64,000 bases of DNA from NCBI GenBank assembly GCA_030654175.1, contig JAURXZ010000049.1, forward strand, positions 92,334 to 156,333, in the 5' to 3' direction. Under the pieces are notes generated by a model. That model did not search any database. It was not told the origin of the DNA and worked only from the letters and a program-made list of their open reading frames with translations. Of the stretch, positions 49,287 through 60,703 are shown piece by piece. A program made the position numbers and the translations under genes. Source of the stretch: Bacteroidia bacterium (GTDB lineage: Bacteria; Bacteroidota; Bacteroidia; 2-12-FULL-35-15). Every line of letters begins with the position of its first letter. The first letter of the stretch is position 1.

Positions 49287-49612
49287 TATTTAATTACCTC
49301 CCCTGATTTTTTTGAGTAACGTACTAGTTTTTTGCTTTTGTCATCTAATTTACGACCAACACGGGTAGCTTTACCTGTTCCTGGTTCAATCACCATTAGA
49401 TTAGAAATATGGACTGAAGCCTCTTGCTTTACAATTCCACCTTGTGGGCTTTTAGTGTTTGGTTTAGTATGTTTCGATACTAAATTAACGCCTTCCACAA
49501 TTGCACGGCTTTTTACTCTATCAATAGATAGAACTTTGCCTTCCTGATTCTTTGAATCACCGGCAATAACTTTAACAGAATCGCCTTTTTTGATGTGTAA
49601 CTTTACTTGCAT
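49286..49612 (-). CDS. rplX: 50S ribosomal protein L24
   Basis: IKKGD.V.VIAG, VEGVN, HISN. Confidence 0.99.
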   Translation of the reverse strand: MQVKLHIKKGDSVKVIAGDSKNQEGKVLSIDRVKSRAIVEGVNLVSKHTKPNTKSPQGGIVKQEASVHISNLMVIEPGTGKATRVGRKLDDKSKKLVRYSKKSGEVIK

Positions 49613-49633
49613 TGTTATTTATTGATTATTCAC

Positions 49634-50002
49634 TTACAGAACTTCTGGAGCGAGTGAAATTATTTTCATAAATTGTTTATCTCTTAATTCGCGGGCAACT
49701 GGTCCGAAAATACGAGTTCCTCTTAGTTCGTCAGAAGCATTTAACAGAACTACTGCATTATCATCAAAACGAATGTATGAACCATCAGCACGTCTTACTT
49801 CTTTTCTGGTTCTTACTACTACTGCTTTTGAAACAGCACCCTTTTTGATATTACCTGATGCTAATGCATGTTTAACTGTTACTACTACTTTATCACCAAT
49901 AGAAGCATATCTTTTCTTTGTTCCGCCAAGTACGCGTATAACAAGTACTTCTTTTGCACCACTGTTATCTGCAACTAATAATCTTGATTCTTGTTGTACC
50001 AT
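49634..50002 (-). CDS. rplN: 50S ribosomal protein L14
   Basis: [23 protein letters not shown]. Confidence 0.99.
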   Translation of the reverse strand: MVQQESRLLVADNSGAKEVLVIRVLGGTKKRYASIGDKVVVTVKHALASGNIKKGAVSKAVVVRTRKEVRRADGSYIRFDDNAVVLLNASDELRGTRIFGPVARELRDKQFMKIISLAPEVL

Positions 50003-50118
50003 TTGTTTTATATTTCGGATTTCGGATTTTCGATGTCGGATTTATTCCTTATCGCTTCCTAAATCTATTGTTTTAATTTTAAAATCCGCAATCGCACATC
50101 CGCAATCCGTATTTTGTA

Positions 50119-50376
50119 TTATTTCACTTTCTCAAGAACTTCAACAAGTCTCCAGCATTTATTTTTGCTGATAGGGCGAGTTTCCATAATTTTCACAGTA
50201 TCACCAATACTGCAAGTGTTAGCTTCATCGTGGGCAACAAATTTAGTAGTTTTTTTTAGGAACTTACCATATTTCGGATGTTTTACTTTACGTTCAACTG
50301 AAACAACAATTGACTTATCCATTTTATTGCTGGTCACTAAACCAATTTTTTCTTTTCTTAAATTTCTATCTTCCAT
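50119..50376 (-). CDS. rpsQ: 30S ribosomal protein S17
   Basis: [15 protein letters not shown]. Confidence 0.99.
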   Translation of the reverse strand: MEDRNLRKEKIGLVTSNKMDKSIVVSVERKVKHPKYGKFLKKTTKFVAHDEANTCSIGDTVKIMETRPISKNKCWRLVEVLEKVK

Positions 50377-50458
50377 TTTTGTTAGATTTAAGATTTAAGA
50401 TTCAAGATTCAGGATTTAAAACGTTACCGTCTTATATCTTGCGTCTTGCATCTCGCAT

Positions 50459-50662
50459 CTATTTTTTTGCTTCTGCTATTTCTCTCGTGCGAAGTTCGGT
50501 TTGTAATCTTGCTACTGTTTTTCTGCTGAAAGTAATTTTCAGTGGGTTTTCAATAGGGGACACTGCATGATTAAGCTTTAATTTAGCCAATGTGCCTTTT
50601 TCTTCTTTTACTCTCTCGCGAAGATCGCTTGTAGAAAGTTGTTTGATGTCTGCTTGGTTCAT
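50459..50662 (-). CDS. rpmC: 50S ribosomal protein L29
   Basis: ENP..I...RKTVARL.TE; position in operon. Confidence 0.96.
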   Translation of the reverse strand: MNQADIKQLSTSDLRERVKEEKGTLAKLKLNHAVSPIENPLKITFSRKTVARLQTELRTREIAEAKK

Positions 50663-50698
50663 ATTATTTATTATAATAATTCTCTCAATTAATTTTTG

Positions 50699-51133
50699 TT
50701 AAGCACTTGCAACTTCAGCAGCGTAATCTCTTCTTACAACAAACTGGGTTGTTAATGGTAATTTCTGAGCTGCTAATCTTAATGCTTCTTTAGCAACTTC
50801 TACCGGTACACCATCTGCTTCGAAAATAACACGTCCTGGTTTTACCACGGCCACCCAATATTCAGGGGCTCCTTTACCTTTACCCATACGAACTTCGGCA
50901 GGTTTAGAGGTAATTGGTTTGTCAGGGAAAATACGGATCCAGATCTGACCTTCACGTTTCATGAAACGTGTTACTGCAACTCTGGCAGCTTCTATCTGGC
51001 GTGCTGTAACCCAGCAACCTTCTGTTGCCTTTAGCCCAAATGAACCGAATGAAAGTTGGTCGCCACGCTTAGCGTTGCCTTTCATTTTCATTTTGTGCAT
51101 TTTTCTGTATTTGGTTCTTTTAGGCTGTAACAT
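50699..51133 (-). CDS. rplP: 50S ribosomal protein L16
   Basis: [18 protein letters not shown]. Confidence 0.99.
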   Translation of the reverse strand: MLQPKRTKYRKMHKMKMKGNAKRGDQLSFGSFGLKATEGCWVTARQIEAARVAVTRFMKREGQIWIRIFPDKPITSKPAEVRMGKGKGAPEYWVAVVKPGRVIFEADGVPVEVAKEALRLAAQKLPLTTQFVVRRDYAAEVASA

Positions 51134-51211
51134 CTTTTCTTTCTTTATTTAGGATTTAGAATTTAGGATTTAGAATTTTTTAATTCCTTATTCCTTATTC
51201 CTTAATTTTTT

Positions 51212-52003
51212 TTATTTTCTTGGTTCTCTTCTTTTATCGTTTCTGTCGTTTCCACCTTTTGATGGTCCGCCTGGTCCACGTTTATCGAATTTTGGGTTTC
51301 CGCCTGTTGGTGGTCCACTTTTTTTACCATCTTTTGCTCCAACTGCAGAAGCTCCAACATTTGGTGATAAATCACGTTTACCATAGATCTCACCTTTGCA
51401 TATCCAAACTTTTACACCGATACGGCCATAAGTAGTATGTGCTTCACCAAGTGCATAATCAATATCAGCACGTAATGTATGTAATGGAGTACGACCTTCT
51501 TTATATCCTTCAACACGAGCCATCTCTGCACCAGCCAAACGACCGGAACATTTAACTTTGATACCTTCTGCACCCATGCGCATTGTTGAAGCTACCGCCA
51601 TTTTAACTGCTCTACGAAAAGAGATACGTCCTTCAATCTGACGAGCAATACTATCAGCAACTAAACGAGCATCTAATTCAGGACGTTTAATTTCAAAAAT
51701 ATTGATCTGGATATCTTTCTTAGTGATCTTTTTCAACTCTTCCTTGATCTTATCAACTTCCTGACCACCTTTGCCAATAATAATTCCGGGACGAGATGTG
51801 TTAATCGTAACAGTAATTATTTTTACTGTTCTTTCAATCACAATTTTTGAAATGCTGGCTTTCGCAAGACGAGCTTTCAAGTAAGTTCTGATTTTATGAT
51901 CTTCTACTAATTTGTCAGAAAAATTTTTTCCACCGTACCAGTTTGAATCCCATCCTTTAATGATGCCTAAACGTAAGCCTATTGGATTTGCTTTTTGTCC
52001 CAT
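51212..52003 (-). CDS. rpsC: 30S ribosomal protein S3
   Basis: [23 protein letters not shown]. Confidence 0.99.
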   Translation of the reverse strand: MGQKANPIGLRLGIIKGWDSNWYGGKNFSDKLVEDHKIRTYLKARLAKASISKIVIERTVKIITVTINTSRPGIIIGKGGQEVDKIKEELKKITKKDIQINIFEIKRPELDARLVADSIARQIEGRISFRRAVKMAVASTMRMGAEGIKVKCSGRLAGAEMARVEGYKEGRTPLHTLRADIDYALGEAHTTYGRIGVKVWICKGEIYGKRDLSPNVGASAVGAKDGKKSGPPTGGNPKFDKRGPGGPSKGGNDRNDKRREPRK

Positions 52004-52014
52004 TGAAAATATTA

Positions 52015-52446
52015 TTATTTAGATGTTTCTTCTTGTTTTTTACTGTCAACAACAATTTTTTTGCTGTCTACTATTAATGTAACGTGGTTAGAACGTTTTC
52101 TGATCCTGTTAGCACGACCTTGTGGAGCAGTTCTTAAACGCTTCATTTGAAGTGCACTATCAACAAAAACTTCTTTCACTACCAAGTTACTATCTTCAGG
52201 TTTTTGACCTGTTTTCGCTTCGAAATTTGAAATTGCTGATGTCAACAATTTCTCTAATCTTACAGAAGCTTCTTTTGGATTGAATTTCAAAATGTTCAAA
52301 GCCATATATACTTCTTTACCTCTGATAAGATCAGCTAGTAATCTCATTTTACGGGGAGATGTAGGGCAATTTTTCAAAACAGCAAAATATATGCTTTTGT
52401 TTGCCTCTTTCCGTGCGTCTGCTGCGTTCTTTTTTCTAACACCCAT
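52015..52446 (-). CDS. rplV: 50S ribosomal protein L22
   Basis: [21 protein letters not shown]. Confidence 0.99.
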   Translation of the reverse strand: MGVRKKNAADARKEANKSIYFAVLKNCPTSPRKMRLLADLIRGKEVYMALNILKFNPKEASVRLEKLLTSAISNFEAKTGQKPEDSNLVVKEVFVDSALQMKRLRTAPQGRANRIRKRSNHVTLIVDSKKIVVDSKKQEETSK

Positions 52447-52542
52447 TGTTATTTCTTGTATTTCGGATTTTGGTTTTCGAGTTTATTTCTAAATCGTTTC
52501 CTAAATCTATTATTTTTATTTCTGCTTAATCAGTTCTATATT

Positions 52543-52821
52543 TTATTTAGAAGCTTTATCTCTGTTACCAGAGTGACCTCTGAAAGTTCTGGTTGGTGCA
52601 AATTCACCGAATTTATGTCCTACCATATTTTCTGTTACATATACAGGAATAAATTTATTACCATTATGTACTGCTACTGTTAAACCTACGAATTCCGGAG
52701 AGATCATTGATCTGCGAGACCAGGTTTTGATTACTGTTTTTTTTCCTGATGCTTGTAGGTCGAGTAATCTCTTCTCTAACTTCCAATCGATAAAAGGACC
52801 TTTTTTTAATGAACGTGCCAT
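52543..52821 (-). CDS. rpsS: 30S ribosomal protein S19
   Basis: [19 protein letters not shown]. Confidence 0.99.
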   Translation of the reverse strand: MARSLKKGPFIDWKLEKRLLDLQASGKKTVIKTWSRRSMISPEFVGLTVAVHNGNKFIPVYVTENMVGHKFGEFAPTRTFRGHSGNRDKASK

Positions 52822-52882
52822 TTCTGTTGTTTTTTAGTTGTGAACCATTCCAAAAATGGAAGGGCCATTAAACTAGGTTAAA

Positions 52883-53707
52883 TTATTTCTTTCTTCCTTC
52901 TATAATGTATTTATTCGAAGCTTTTTTAGGGTAACGGGTTTTGAAACCTTTAGATGGTAAACCTTTGCGTGAACGAGGGTGACCTCCGGATGCTCTTCCT
53001 TCACCACCACCCATTGGGTGATCGACAGGATTCATTGCTACCGGACGAGTTCTCGGTCTGCGACCTTGCCAACGGCTACGTCCAGCTTTACCGCTGATCT
53101 CTAAATTATGATCAGCATTTGAAACAGCTCCAATTGTAGCCATACAAGTAATAAGTATCATACGCGTTTCGCCAGAAGGCATTTTAACTATCGCATATTT
53201 ACCATCTCTTGCGCTTAACTGTGCTGCAGATCCAGCACTACGTGCCATAATAGCACCTTGTCCCGGACGTAATTCAATATTATGGATTGTTGTACCTAAT
53301 GGAATATCAGATAGATACATTGCGTTACCTATAGAAGGGGTTGCATCTTTACCAGATACAATTTTTTGTCCAACAAGAAGTCCGGTTGGAGCAACAATAT
53401 AACGTTTTTCGCCATCAGCATAAACAACTAAAGCGATACGTGCAGTACGATTTGGATCGTACTCAATAGTTTTTACAGTTCCCGGTACACCAATTTTATC
53501 TCTTTTGAAATCGATAATACGGTATTGTTGTTTGTGACCACCACCGATATAACGCATTGTCATTTTACCTGTGTTATCACGTCCACCCGATTTTTTTATC
53601 GGAACCAATAAACTCTTTTCAGGTTTACCTGCAGTAATATCAGCGTTATCACTAACTAATTTAAAACGTTGCCCCGGTGTTAAGGGTCTTAATTTCTTTA
53701 AAGCCAT
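52883..53707 (-). CDS. rplB: 50S ribosomal protein L2
   Basis: [21 protein letters not shown]. Confidence 0.99.
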   Translation of the reverse strand: MALKKLRPLTPGQRFKLVSDNADITAGKPEKSLLVPIKKSGGRDNTGKMTMRYIGGGHKQQYRIIDFKRDKIGVPGTVKTIEYDPNRTARIALVVYADGEKRYIVAPTGLLVGQKIVSGKDATPSIGNAMYLSDIPLGTTIHNIELRPGQGAIMARSAGSAAQLSARDGKYAIVKMPSGETRMILITCMATIGAVSNADHNLEISGKAGRSRWQGRRPRTRPVAMNPVDHPMGGGEGRASGGHPRSRKGLPSKGFKTRYPKKASNKYIIEGRKK

Positions 53708-53759
53708 CTCAGTTTATTTTATTATCACCCCGACTGCTCGGGGTATAGTTACTTTTCTA

Positions 53760-54050
53760 TTAAATGCTTGCGTAAAAATCAATTGTTTCTCCTTTTTTAA
53801 GAGTAACAATAGCTCTTTTATGTTGATTGGTTCTACCAATTGCAATTCCTTTTGTTGTATTACGGGTTTTTACTTTACCAACGTAATTTTGTGTATTAAC
53901 TGAATCAACAGTAACACTGTAAAGTTTCTCAACAGCTCCTTTAATCTGAACTTTGTTAGCTGTTTTATTTACAACAAATCCATAGCGATTAAATTTATCG
54001 CCCTGGGCTGTCATTTTTTCGGTTATAACCGGTTTAATTATTATGCTCAT
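53760..54050 (-). CDS. rplW: 50S ribosomal protein L23
   Basis: PVITEK, ANK.QIK.AVE. Confidence 0.98.
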   Translation of the reverse strand: MSIIIKPVITEKMTAQGDKFNRYGFVVNKTANKVQIKGAVEKLYSVTVDSVNTQNYVGKVKTRNTTKGIAIGRTNQHKRAIVTLKKGETIDFYASI

Positions 54051-54155
54051 CTTTTTTATTTGTTGATCCAGTTAATTGCAGAATTTATGATTTTTTCGGA
54101 TTTTTTTATTAAATCTTTTAATTTCTAAATCTTCAATTTTCTAACTCTTTTTTAA

Positions 54156-54785
54156 TTAATTGCCTAATAAACTCTCAATTTCCTTTACTGAACTTTCTAC
54201 AAGCAAAAGATTATTTGCATTCAAAATATCGTAAGTGTTTAAATCCGAAGCAGTTACAACTTTTGCGTTGCCTATATTTCGGGAGGACAAATATATGTTT
54301 TTATTTGATTCCCCCAACACTAATAAGGTTTTTTTATCTGAAAGCTTTAAATTATTTATCAAATCAGCATATTTTTGTGTTTTAGGAGAGTCAAAAATGA
54401 AATCTTCTAAAATTGTGATATTGCTTTCTTTTGCTTTATAAGTTAAAGCTGATATACGAGCTAAACGTTTTAGTTTTTTATTCAACTTAAAAGAGTAATC
54501 TCTTGGACGAGGACCGAATGCTCTACCTCCACCAACTCTAGTTGGAGATTTATCGTTACCAACACGTGCACCACCGGTACCTTTTTGTTTCTTTAATTTT
54601 TTAGACGAACCTCTAACTTCAGCTCTTTCTTTTGATTTGTGTGTTCCCTGACGTTTATTAGCTAAATGTTGTTTAACATCTAAATAAATGGCATGGTCAT
54701 TTGGGTCGATAGCAAAGATTGCATCGTTTAGGCTAACTTTCTTTGAAGTTGCTTTACCGCTTATATTTAATACTGATACTTCCAT
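54156..54785 (-). CDS. rplD: 50S ribosomal protein L4
   Basis: RQGTH..K.RAEV, QKGTG.AR; start moved to MEVSV. Confidence 0.98.
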   Translation of the reverse strand: MEVSVLNISGKATSKKVSLNDAIFAIDPNDHAIYLDVKQHLANKRQGTHKSKERAEVRGSSKKLKKQKGTGGARVGNDKSPTRVGGGRAFGPRPRDYSFKLNKKLKRLARISALTYKAKESNITILEDFIFDSPKTQKYADLINNLKLSDKKTLLVLGESNKNIYLSSRNIGNAKVVTASDLNTYDILNANNLLLVESSVKEIESLLGN

Positions 54786-54869
54786 TGTTAATTGTTGTGT
54801 TTTGTAGAATTGTTGAATTATTGATTTTTCTGATTCCCGGTTTGAGCCTGAAATTTTAAAATTCAAAAA

Positions 54870-55487
54870 TTATTTTTCAATTGTAACGTATGAACCTTTT
54901 GCACCTGCGATAGAACCTTTAATAATAATAAGGTTTTTCTCAGCAATTACTTTAATTACTTCTAAATTTTGAATAGTAACACGGTCACCACCCATTCTTC
55001 CACCCATTCTCATTCCTTTGAATACGCGGGAAGGCCAAGATGATGCACCTAAAGATCCAGGGGCACGTAAACGATCATGCTGACCGTGAGTAGTACCACC
55101 TACACCACCAAAACCATGACGTTTTACAACACCTTGAAAACCTTTACCTTTAGAAGTTCCAACGATATCAACGAAATCGCCTTCGGCAAATAAGTCAACA
55201 GTTACTGCTTCACCAAGAGTTTTTTCGGTTGCAAAGTCTTTGAATTCAACAATTTTACGTTTAGGAGTAGTACCTGCTTTAGCAAAATGACCTTTCATTG
55301 CAGAAGAAGTGTTTTTTTCTTTCTTCTCATCATAAGCCAATTGTACTGAAGCGTATCCGTCTTTCTCCAAGGTTTTTACTTGCGTAACCACGCAAGGACC
55401 GGCCTCAATAACTGTGCATGGCATATATTTACCATTGGCACTGAAGACACTAGTCATTCCAACTTTTTTACCTATTATTCCAGACAT
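54870..55487 (-). CDS. rplC: 50S ribosomal protein L3
   Basis: [20 protein letters not shown]. Confidence 0.99.
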   Translation of the reverse strand: MSGIIGKKVGMTSVFSANGKYMPCTVIEAGPCVVTQVKTLEKDGYASVQLAYDEKKEKNTSSAMKGHFAKAGTTPKRKIVEFKDFATEKTLGEAVTVDLFAEGDFVDIVGTSKGKGFQGVVKRHGFGGVGGTTHGQHDRLRAPGSLGASSWPSRVFKGMRMGGRMGGDRVTIQNLEVIKVIAEKNLIIIKGSIAGAKGSYVTIEK

Positions 55488-55608
55488 TTTAATATATTTT
55501 TGATTTATTGATATTTTGTTTGTTAAATTTTTGATTAGATAATCTCTGATCCTACAAACACTTTAATTCTATTTATTATTTAATTGACACAAGTCAACTC
55601 CTTGATTA

Positions 55609-55917
55609 TTAGGAAGCTTTGATCTCAACTTCAACACCACTTGGTAACTCAAGTTTCATTAGCGCATCTACTGTTTTTGAAGTAGAGTTGTAAATGTCTA
55701 ACAATCTTTTGTAAGAACACAACTGAAATTGCTCACGTGCTTTTTTGTTAACGTGTGGGGAACGTAAAACAGTGTAGATTTTTTTGTGAGTTGGCAATGG
55801 AATCGGTCCACTAACAACGGCACCCGTTAATTTTACAGTTTTAACAATTTTCTCTGCTGACTTGTCAACTAGGTTGAAGTCGTAAGATTTTAATTTGATT
55901 CTGATTTTCTGGCTCAT
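55609..55917 (-). CDS. rpsJ: 30S ribosomal protein S10
   Basis: [22 protein letters not shown]; start moved to MSQK. Confidence 0.99.
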   Translation of the reverse strand: MSQKIRIKLKSYDFNLVDKSAEKIVKTVKLTGAVVSGPIPLPTHKKIYTVLRSPHVNKKAREQFQLCSYKRLLDIYNSTSKTVDALMKLELPSGVEVEIKAS

Positions 55918-55945
55918 AGTTATTATAATAAAGAACGTTAAAATA

Positions 55946-58066
55946 TTATACTTTTTCTGCTTTTCCTTTAGCTTTTGCAATTACTTCATCTGCTGTATTA
56001 CGCGGAGCTTCTGCATAATGAGAAAATTCCATTGTTGAAGTAGCACGTCCGGAAGTAATTGTACGTAAGGTTGTAACATAACCAAACATTTCCGACAAAG
56101 GCACTTTAGCTTTGATTACCTGAGAACCAGCTCTGGTATCCATACCTTCTATCATACCTCTGCGTTTGTTCAAATCACCTACTACATCACCCATGTTGTG
56201 CTCCGGAGTAAGAACTTCTACTTTCATAATAGGCTCTAATAATACAGGTTTTGCTTTTGGCATAGCCTCACGGAAAGCGGAACGTGCACAAATTTCAAAG
56301 GATAAAGCATCCGAATCCACATTGTGGTAAGAACCATCCAATAAACGAACTTTTAAAGTATCAACCGGGTAACCAGCTAATACACCGTTTACCATTGCTG
56401 ATTTAAAGCCTTTTTCAACGGCTGGGATAAATTCACGAGGAATGTTACCACCTGAAATTTCATTTATAAATTGCAATCCACCTGCTTTGGTTGTTGTATC
56501 AAAATCAGCATCTACTGGAGAGATAACAACTTGTATATCAGCAAATTTACCACGTCCACCAGATTGTTTTTTGTAAACTTCGCGGTGAGAAACAGTACCA
56601 TTAATAGTTTCTTTGTAAGAAACCTGAGGAGGACCTTGGTTCACCTCTACTTTAAATTCTCTTCTTAAACGATCAACAATGATCTCCAAGTGAAGCTCAC
56701 CCATACCACTTATAATGGTTTGTCCGCTATCACTATCCGTTTTAACACGGAAGGTTGGATCTTCTTCTGCTAATTTAGATAAACCATTACCTAATCTATC
56801 TAAGTCAGCTTGAGTTTTTGGCTCAATAGCAACACCGATAACAGGCTCAGGGAAATTCATCGACTCAAGAATGATCGGAAATTTCTCGTCACAAAGTGTA
56901 TCTCCTGTTTTGATATCTTTAAATCCTACTGCTGCACCGATGTCTCCCGCTTCAATAGCATCAATTGCATTTTGTTTATTAGCATGCATTTGGAAGATAC
57001 GTGAAATACGTTCTTTATTGCCGCTACGAGTATTAAACACATAAGAGCCAGCATCTAAACGACCAGCATAAACACGGAAGAAACACAAACGACCAACGAA
57101 AGGATCGGTTGCAATTTTAAATGCTAATGCAGTAAAAGGTTCTTTAACATCTGGTTTACGGGAAATTTCTTCGCCCGTATCAGGGTGGGTTCCTTTTGTA
57201 TTTTCTTTATCCATTGGGCTTGGCATTAATTCCATTACCAAGTCTAACATTGTTTGAACACCTTTATTTTTAAAAGCTGATCCACAAACCATTGGAACAA
57301 TTTTATTAGCGATACATGCTTTACGAAGAGCTGTTAATATTTCTAATTCAGTGATTGAATTAGGGTCTTCGAAAAATTTCTCCATGATGGCATCATCAAA
57401 TTCGGAGATCGCTTCCAGTAATTTTTCTCTCCACACTTTTGCTTCTTCAAGCATATCGGCAGGAATAGGAATTACTTTATAAGTCATCCCCTGATCATGC
57501 TCATTCCACTCAATTCCACGGAAGTTGATCAAATCAACAACCCCAACAAATGTTTCTTCAGCACCAATTGGTAATTGTAAAGGAATTGGATTTCCACCCA
57601 ACACTTCTTTCACCTGAGCTACAACCTTTAAAAAATCTGCACCCGAACGGTCCATTTTATTTACAAACCCTATACGGGTTACGTTATAGTTATTCGCTAA
57701 ACGCCAGTTAGTTTCTGATTGAGGCTCAACACCATCAACAGCAGAAAATAAAAACACTAAACCATCAAGGATACGTAATGAGCGATTCACCTCAACTGTA
57801 AAGTCAACGTGGCCCGGGGTATCAATAATGTTTACTTTGTATTGTTCGTTCTTGTACTTCCAAAAACAAGTGGTAGCTGCAGAAGTGATTGTTATACCAC
57901 GTTCTTGCTCTTGTACCATCCAGTCCATTGTAGCAGCACCATCATGTACTTCACCAATTTTGTGATTAACTCCGGTGTAATATAGAATACGCTCAGTACA
58001 GGTAGTTTTACCTGCATCAATGTGAGCTGCAATTCCAATATTTCTTGTATATCTTAAATCTGCCAT
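55946..58066 (-). CDS. fusA: Elongation factor G
   Basis: [31 protein letters not shown]. Confidence 0.99.
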   Translation of the reverse strand: MADLRYTRNIGIAAHIDAGKTTCTERILYYTGVNHKIGEVHDGAATMDWMVQEQERGITITSAATTCFWKYKNEQYKVNIIDTPGHVDFTVEVNRSLRILDGLVFLFSAVDGVEPQSETNWRLANNYNVTRIGFVNKMDRSGADFLKVVAQVKEVLGGNPIPLQLPIGAEETFVGVVDLINFRGIEWNEHDQGMTYKVIPIPADMLEEAKVWREKLLEAISEFDDAIMEKFFEDPNSITELEILTALRKACIANKIVPMVCGSAFKNKGVQTMLDLVMELMPSPMDKENTKGTHPDTGEEISRKPDVKEPFTALAFKIATDPFVGRLCFFRVYAGRLDAGSYVFNTRSGNKERISRIFQMHANKQNAIDAIEAGDIGAAVGFKDIKTGDTLCDEKFPIILESMNFPEPVIGVAIEPKTQADLDRLGNGLSKLAEEDPTFRVKTDSDSGQTIISGMGELHLEIIVDRLRREFKVEVNQGPPQVSYKETINGTVSHREVYKKQSGGRGKFADIQVVISPVDADFDTTTKAGGLQFINEISGGNIPREFIPAVEKGFKSAMVNGVLAGYPVDTLKVRLLDGSYHNVDSDALSFEICARSAFREAMPKAKPVLLEPIMKVEVLTPEHNMGDVVGDLNKRRGMIEGMDTRAGSQVIKAKVPLSEMFGYVTTLRTITSGRATSTMEFSHYAEAPRNTADEVIAKAKGKAEKV

Positions 58067-58175
58067 TTTGTTTAGTTGATAGTTGTTAGTTTATAATTGT
58101 TAGTTCTTGTTTTTTTGTTGTTGGTTATCTTCTATCAACCATCAACAGTTAACTAACAATTATTAACTTTATTTG

Positions 58176-58643
58176 TTAGAATCTAAAGTGTGAAAATGCT
58201 TTGTTAGCTTCTGCCATTTTATGAACATCTTCTTTCTTTTTGAAAGCGGCTCCTTCTTCTTTAGCAGCTGCGATAATTTCACCTGCTAATTTAGCACTCA
58301 TGGATTTTTCATTTCTCTTGCGAGCATATAAAATCATCCATTTAATACCCATTGACGTTTTTCTTTCCGGACGGATCTCAGAAGGAATCTGAAAAGTAGC
58401 TCCACCAACTCTACGGCTACGAACCTCAACTGCCGGTGTGATATTACTCAATGCTTTTTTAAACATTTCAAGTCCGTCTTGTTCTGTTCTTTTCTTTATG
58501 ATCTCAATAGCATCATAAAAAACATCATAAGATGTACTTTTTTTACCATCGTACATTAGATTGTTTACAAAACGAGTAACGAGCATGTCGTTAAATTTCG
58601 GATCAGGTAACAGAATTCTCTTTTTTGCTTTACTTTTTCTCAT
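58176..58643 (-). CDS. rpsG: 30S ribosomal protein S7
   Basis: [15 protein letters not shown]. Confidence 0.99.
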   Translation of the reverse strand: MRKSKAKKRILLPDPKFNDMLVTRFVNNLMYDGKKSTSYDVFYDAIEIIKKRTEQDGLEMFKKALSNITPAVEVRSRRVGGATFQIPSEIRPERKTSMGIKWMILYARKRNEKSMSAKLAGEIIAAAKEEGAAFKKKEDVHKMAEANKAFSHFRF

Positions 58644-58721
58644 TGCTTATTAAGTTTGGAGCCGGGAGTTTGGAGTTGGGAGTTTTTCTCCTTTCCACTC
58701 TCGCTTCTCAGTTCTCTTTTC

Positions 58722-59138
58722 TTATTTCTTTTTACCTGCAGCTGCTGGTGCAGCTCCTTTAGCTCCTGGCTTCGGTTTTTTAGTTCCGTATTTAGAGCGT
58801 CTTTGATTACGACCTGCAACACCTGAAGTATCCAATGCACCACGAACGATGTGGTAACGAACACCCGGTAAATCTTTTACTCTACCACCACGAATTAATA
58901 CAATAGAGTGCTCTTGCAAGTTATGTCCCTCTCCCGGAATGTAAGCATTCACTTCTTTTTTGTTGGTTAACCTTACCCTTGCAACTTTTCTCATTGCGGA
59001 GTTTGGTTTTTTAGGAGTTGTTGTGTAAACACGAATACATACTCCACGTTTTTGAGGACATGATTCTAGTGCTGCTGACTTGCTTTTGTTAGCCGCTTTT
59101 ACTCTTCCTTTACGAACTAATTGCGATATAGTAGGCAT
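58722..59138 (-). CDS. rpsL: 30S ribosomal protein S12
   Basis: [17 protein letters not shown]; start moved to MPTI. Confidence 0.99.
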   Translation of the reverse strand: MPTISQLVRKGRVKAANKSKSAALESCPQKRGVCIRVYTTTPKKPNSAMRKVARVRLTNKKEVNAYIPGEGHNLQEHSIVLIRGGRVKDLPGVRYHIVRGALDTSGVAGRNQRRSKYGTKKPKPGAKGAAPAAAGKKK

Positions 59139-59205
59139 TATTTTTTGTATTAAATTTTTATCAATTCTTTTGTGAATAAACACAACTCCCCTTTTTTAGG
59201 GAGGG

Positions 59206-59213
59206 CAAAGATA
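59206..59213 (-). promoter_or_regulatory. -7 promoter element of the str operon
   Basis: TATCTTTG on the minus strand, followed by a GC hairpin in the leader. Confidence 0.65.
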
Positions 59214-59719
59214 TGAAATATTTGTTATAAACAATGGCAGTTTGAAAAAAAATCAATTATTTTCAAATTTGTTTGTCCATAATATCGAAAAAATGTTGAA
59301 AATCGAATATTAATAACAGTTTAGCGGGTTTTTAGAAGTGGATCAAAATCTTTCAAAATCCGATAATTTTGCTGTTTTTAAGATTTTTTTTTACCGTTGC
59401 CCGACAAATTGGTACATTTTTTTATTTTTTTGCATAAACAGATCCAAAGATATTGTTTAAAATATTCCCCAAAGGGGCAGTGCATAAAATTTGAAGCATT
59501 GCTCATGAAAATACAATTATAACTTTGGCTGTAGATTATCAGAATTTGAAAAAACAGATTTGTTTTTCCTAGACTAAAAATTACAGTTTTTGTAATTTTA
59601 GTGTATTACCTGTGTACTTATCTTGAGGGCGATATGAATAAAAGGTGGTGAATTAAAAAAAGTAAGTTGTTCGGAAATTTCTGGAGGTTAATTAAAAGGT
59701 AAAAAAATAGAATTATTGC

Positions 59720-60409
59720 TTAATTCAATAATTCTATTCTATTCATTAAATCTTTTTGTTTAGCTCTGCTAATAGGAACAGTTTGTTTGCCAATATATAG
59801 ATTGTTGCCTTCAATTGAAGAAATTTTGTCAACTCTTACAATATATGAATTATGAACACGTATATAGTCGTTTTTGGGAAGTTTATTTAAAACATCCTTC
59901 ATTGTTGAATGGACAATATATTTTTGTTTTAGGGTATGAACAGCAATATAATCGGCTAATGCTTCAATTAAAAAGATATCTTCCATATTGATCTTAACTA
60001 AAATGGAATTGAATTTTACAAAAAACGTATCTTTGGGTTTTTCATTTTCCTTGTCACCGGTTAGTTTTTTTGCTTTTGAAACAGCTCTTAGAAATCGCGA
60101 ATGAGTGATAGGTTTTACAATAAAATCGCATACTTCAAAATCAAAAGCTTCGGCAGCAAATTCTTTGTTAGCGGTAATCATAATTACCAGAGGTTTCTCC
60201 CCTTCCAGTGTTTTTAGGAACTCCATGCCTGACATTCCTGGCATCATCACATCCAAAAATATTAAATCAATTTTTTCTTTTAACAAAATATTAGATGCTT
60301 CCAAAGCTGTGCTACAACTTTTTACAAGGTGCAATGCATCCGATTCCTTAACTAATGTTTCCATCAGGAATCTTATTTGGTCATCATCATCAACAATAAT
60401 ACAGTTCAT
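59720..60409 (-). CDS. LytTR-family response regulator
   Basis: IVDDD, FLDVMMP, KP; IRVHNSYIV LytTR. Confidence 0.93.
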   Translation of the reverse strand: MNCIIVDDDDQIRFLMETLVKESDALHLVKSCSTALEASNILLKEKIDLIFLDVMMPGMSGMEFLKTLEGEKPLVIMITANKEFAAEAFDFEVCDFIVKPITHSRFLRAVSKAKKLTGDKENEKPKDTFFVKFNSILVKINMEDIFLIEALADYIAVHTLKQKYIVHSTMKDVLNKLPKNDYIRVHNSYIVRVDKISSIEGNNLYIGKQTVPISRAKQKDLMNRIELLN

Positions 60410-60703
60410 TTCAGTTCAGAATTTAGATTTGAGTATCTTTCTTTTATTTTTTTCAAAATATATTTTGGAAAATTTAAGTTTTCCAGTATGCTAAACAAAA
60501 GTCAGCCGATTGAAAAATACGGTGGTGCATTTAAGCGGTGTGATTTTAAATTCAAGTAAATATTTATGTAAAAAATACTTTCCAAGAACGAAGTTATAAA
60601 AAAAGCATTTAAGTGTTTTAAAATATTTGGAAAATTTTTATGAATTTTGGTAATTTGCTTCCAAGGCTTTTTTGCCACAGATTTCATAGATTTGTTATTC
60701 CTA

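Larger units (their letters stand above)
39789..58721. repeat. Family of 7/8-nt period inverted tandem-repeat spacers between ribosomal cluster genes
   Basis: Seen at 39789-39865, 40859-40953, 41560-41675, 42087-42167, 42546-42648, 42766-42843, 43924-44062, 45404-45462, 45913-46003, 46181-46266, 46786-46865, 47830-47912, 48655-48728, 50003-50118, 50377-50458, 51134-51211, 52447-52542, 54051-54155, 54786-54869, 58067-58175 and 58644-58721. Confidence 0.9.

Noticed and set aside
55918-55945. No tuf after fusA and no adk after secY
   Set aside because: Normal gene order for Bacteroidota
39789-58721. Heptamer spacers as CRISPR, DGR or assembly artefact
   Set aside because: No repeat-spacer structure and no reverse transcriptase; units are degenerate, differ between junctions and leave flanking genes intact
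54786-59183. N-terminal extensions of rplD, rpsJ and rpsL in the ORF track
   Set aside because: Upstream alternative-start artefacts; downstream ATGs match the canonical N-termini
59214-60700. Long AT-rich spacers and ORF 60502-60687
   Set aside because: No convincing RNA structure or coding signal; the ORF begins in a 9-mer repeat arm
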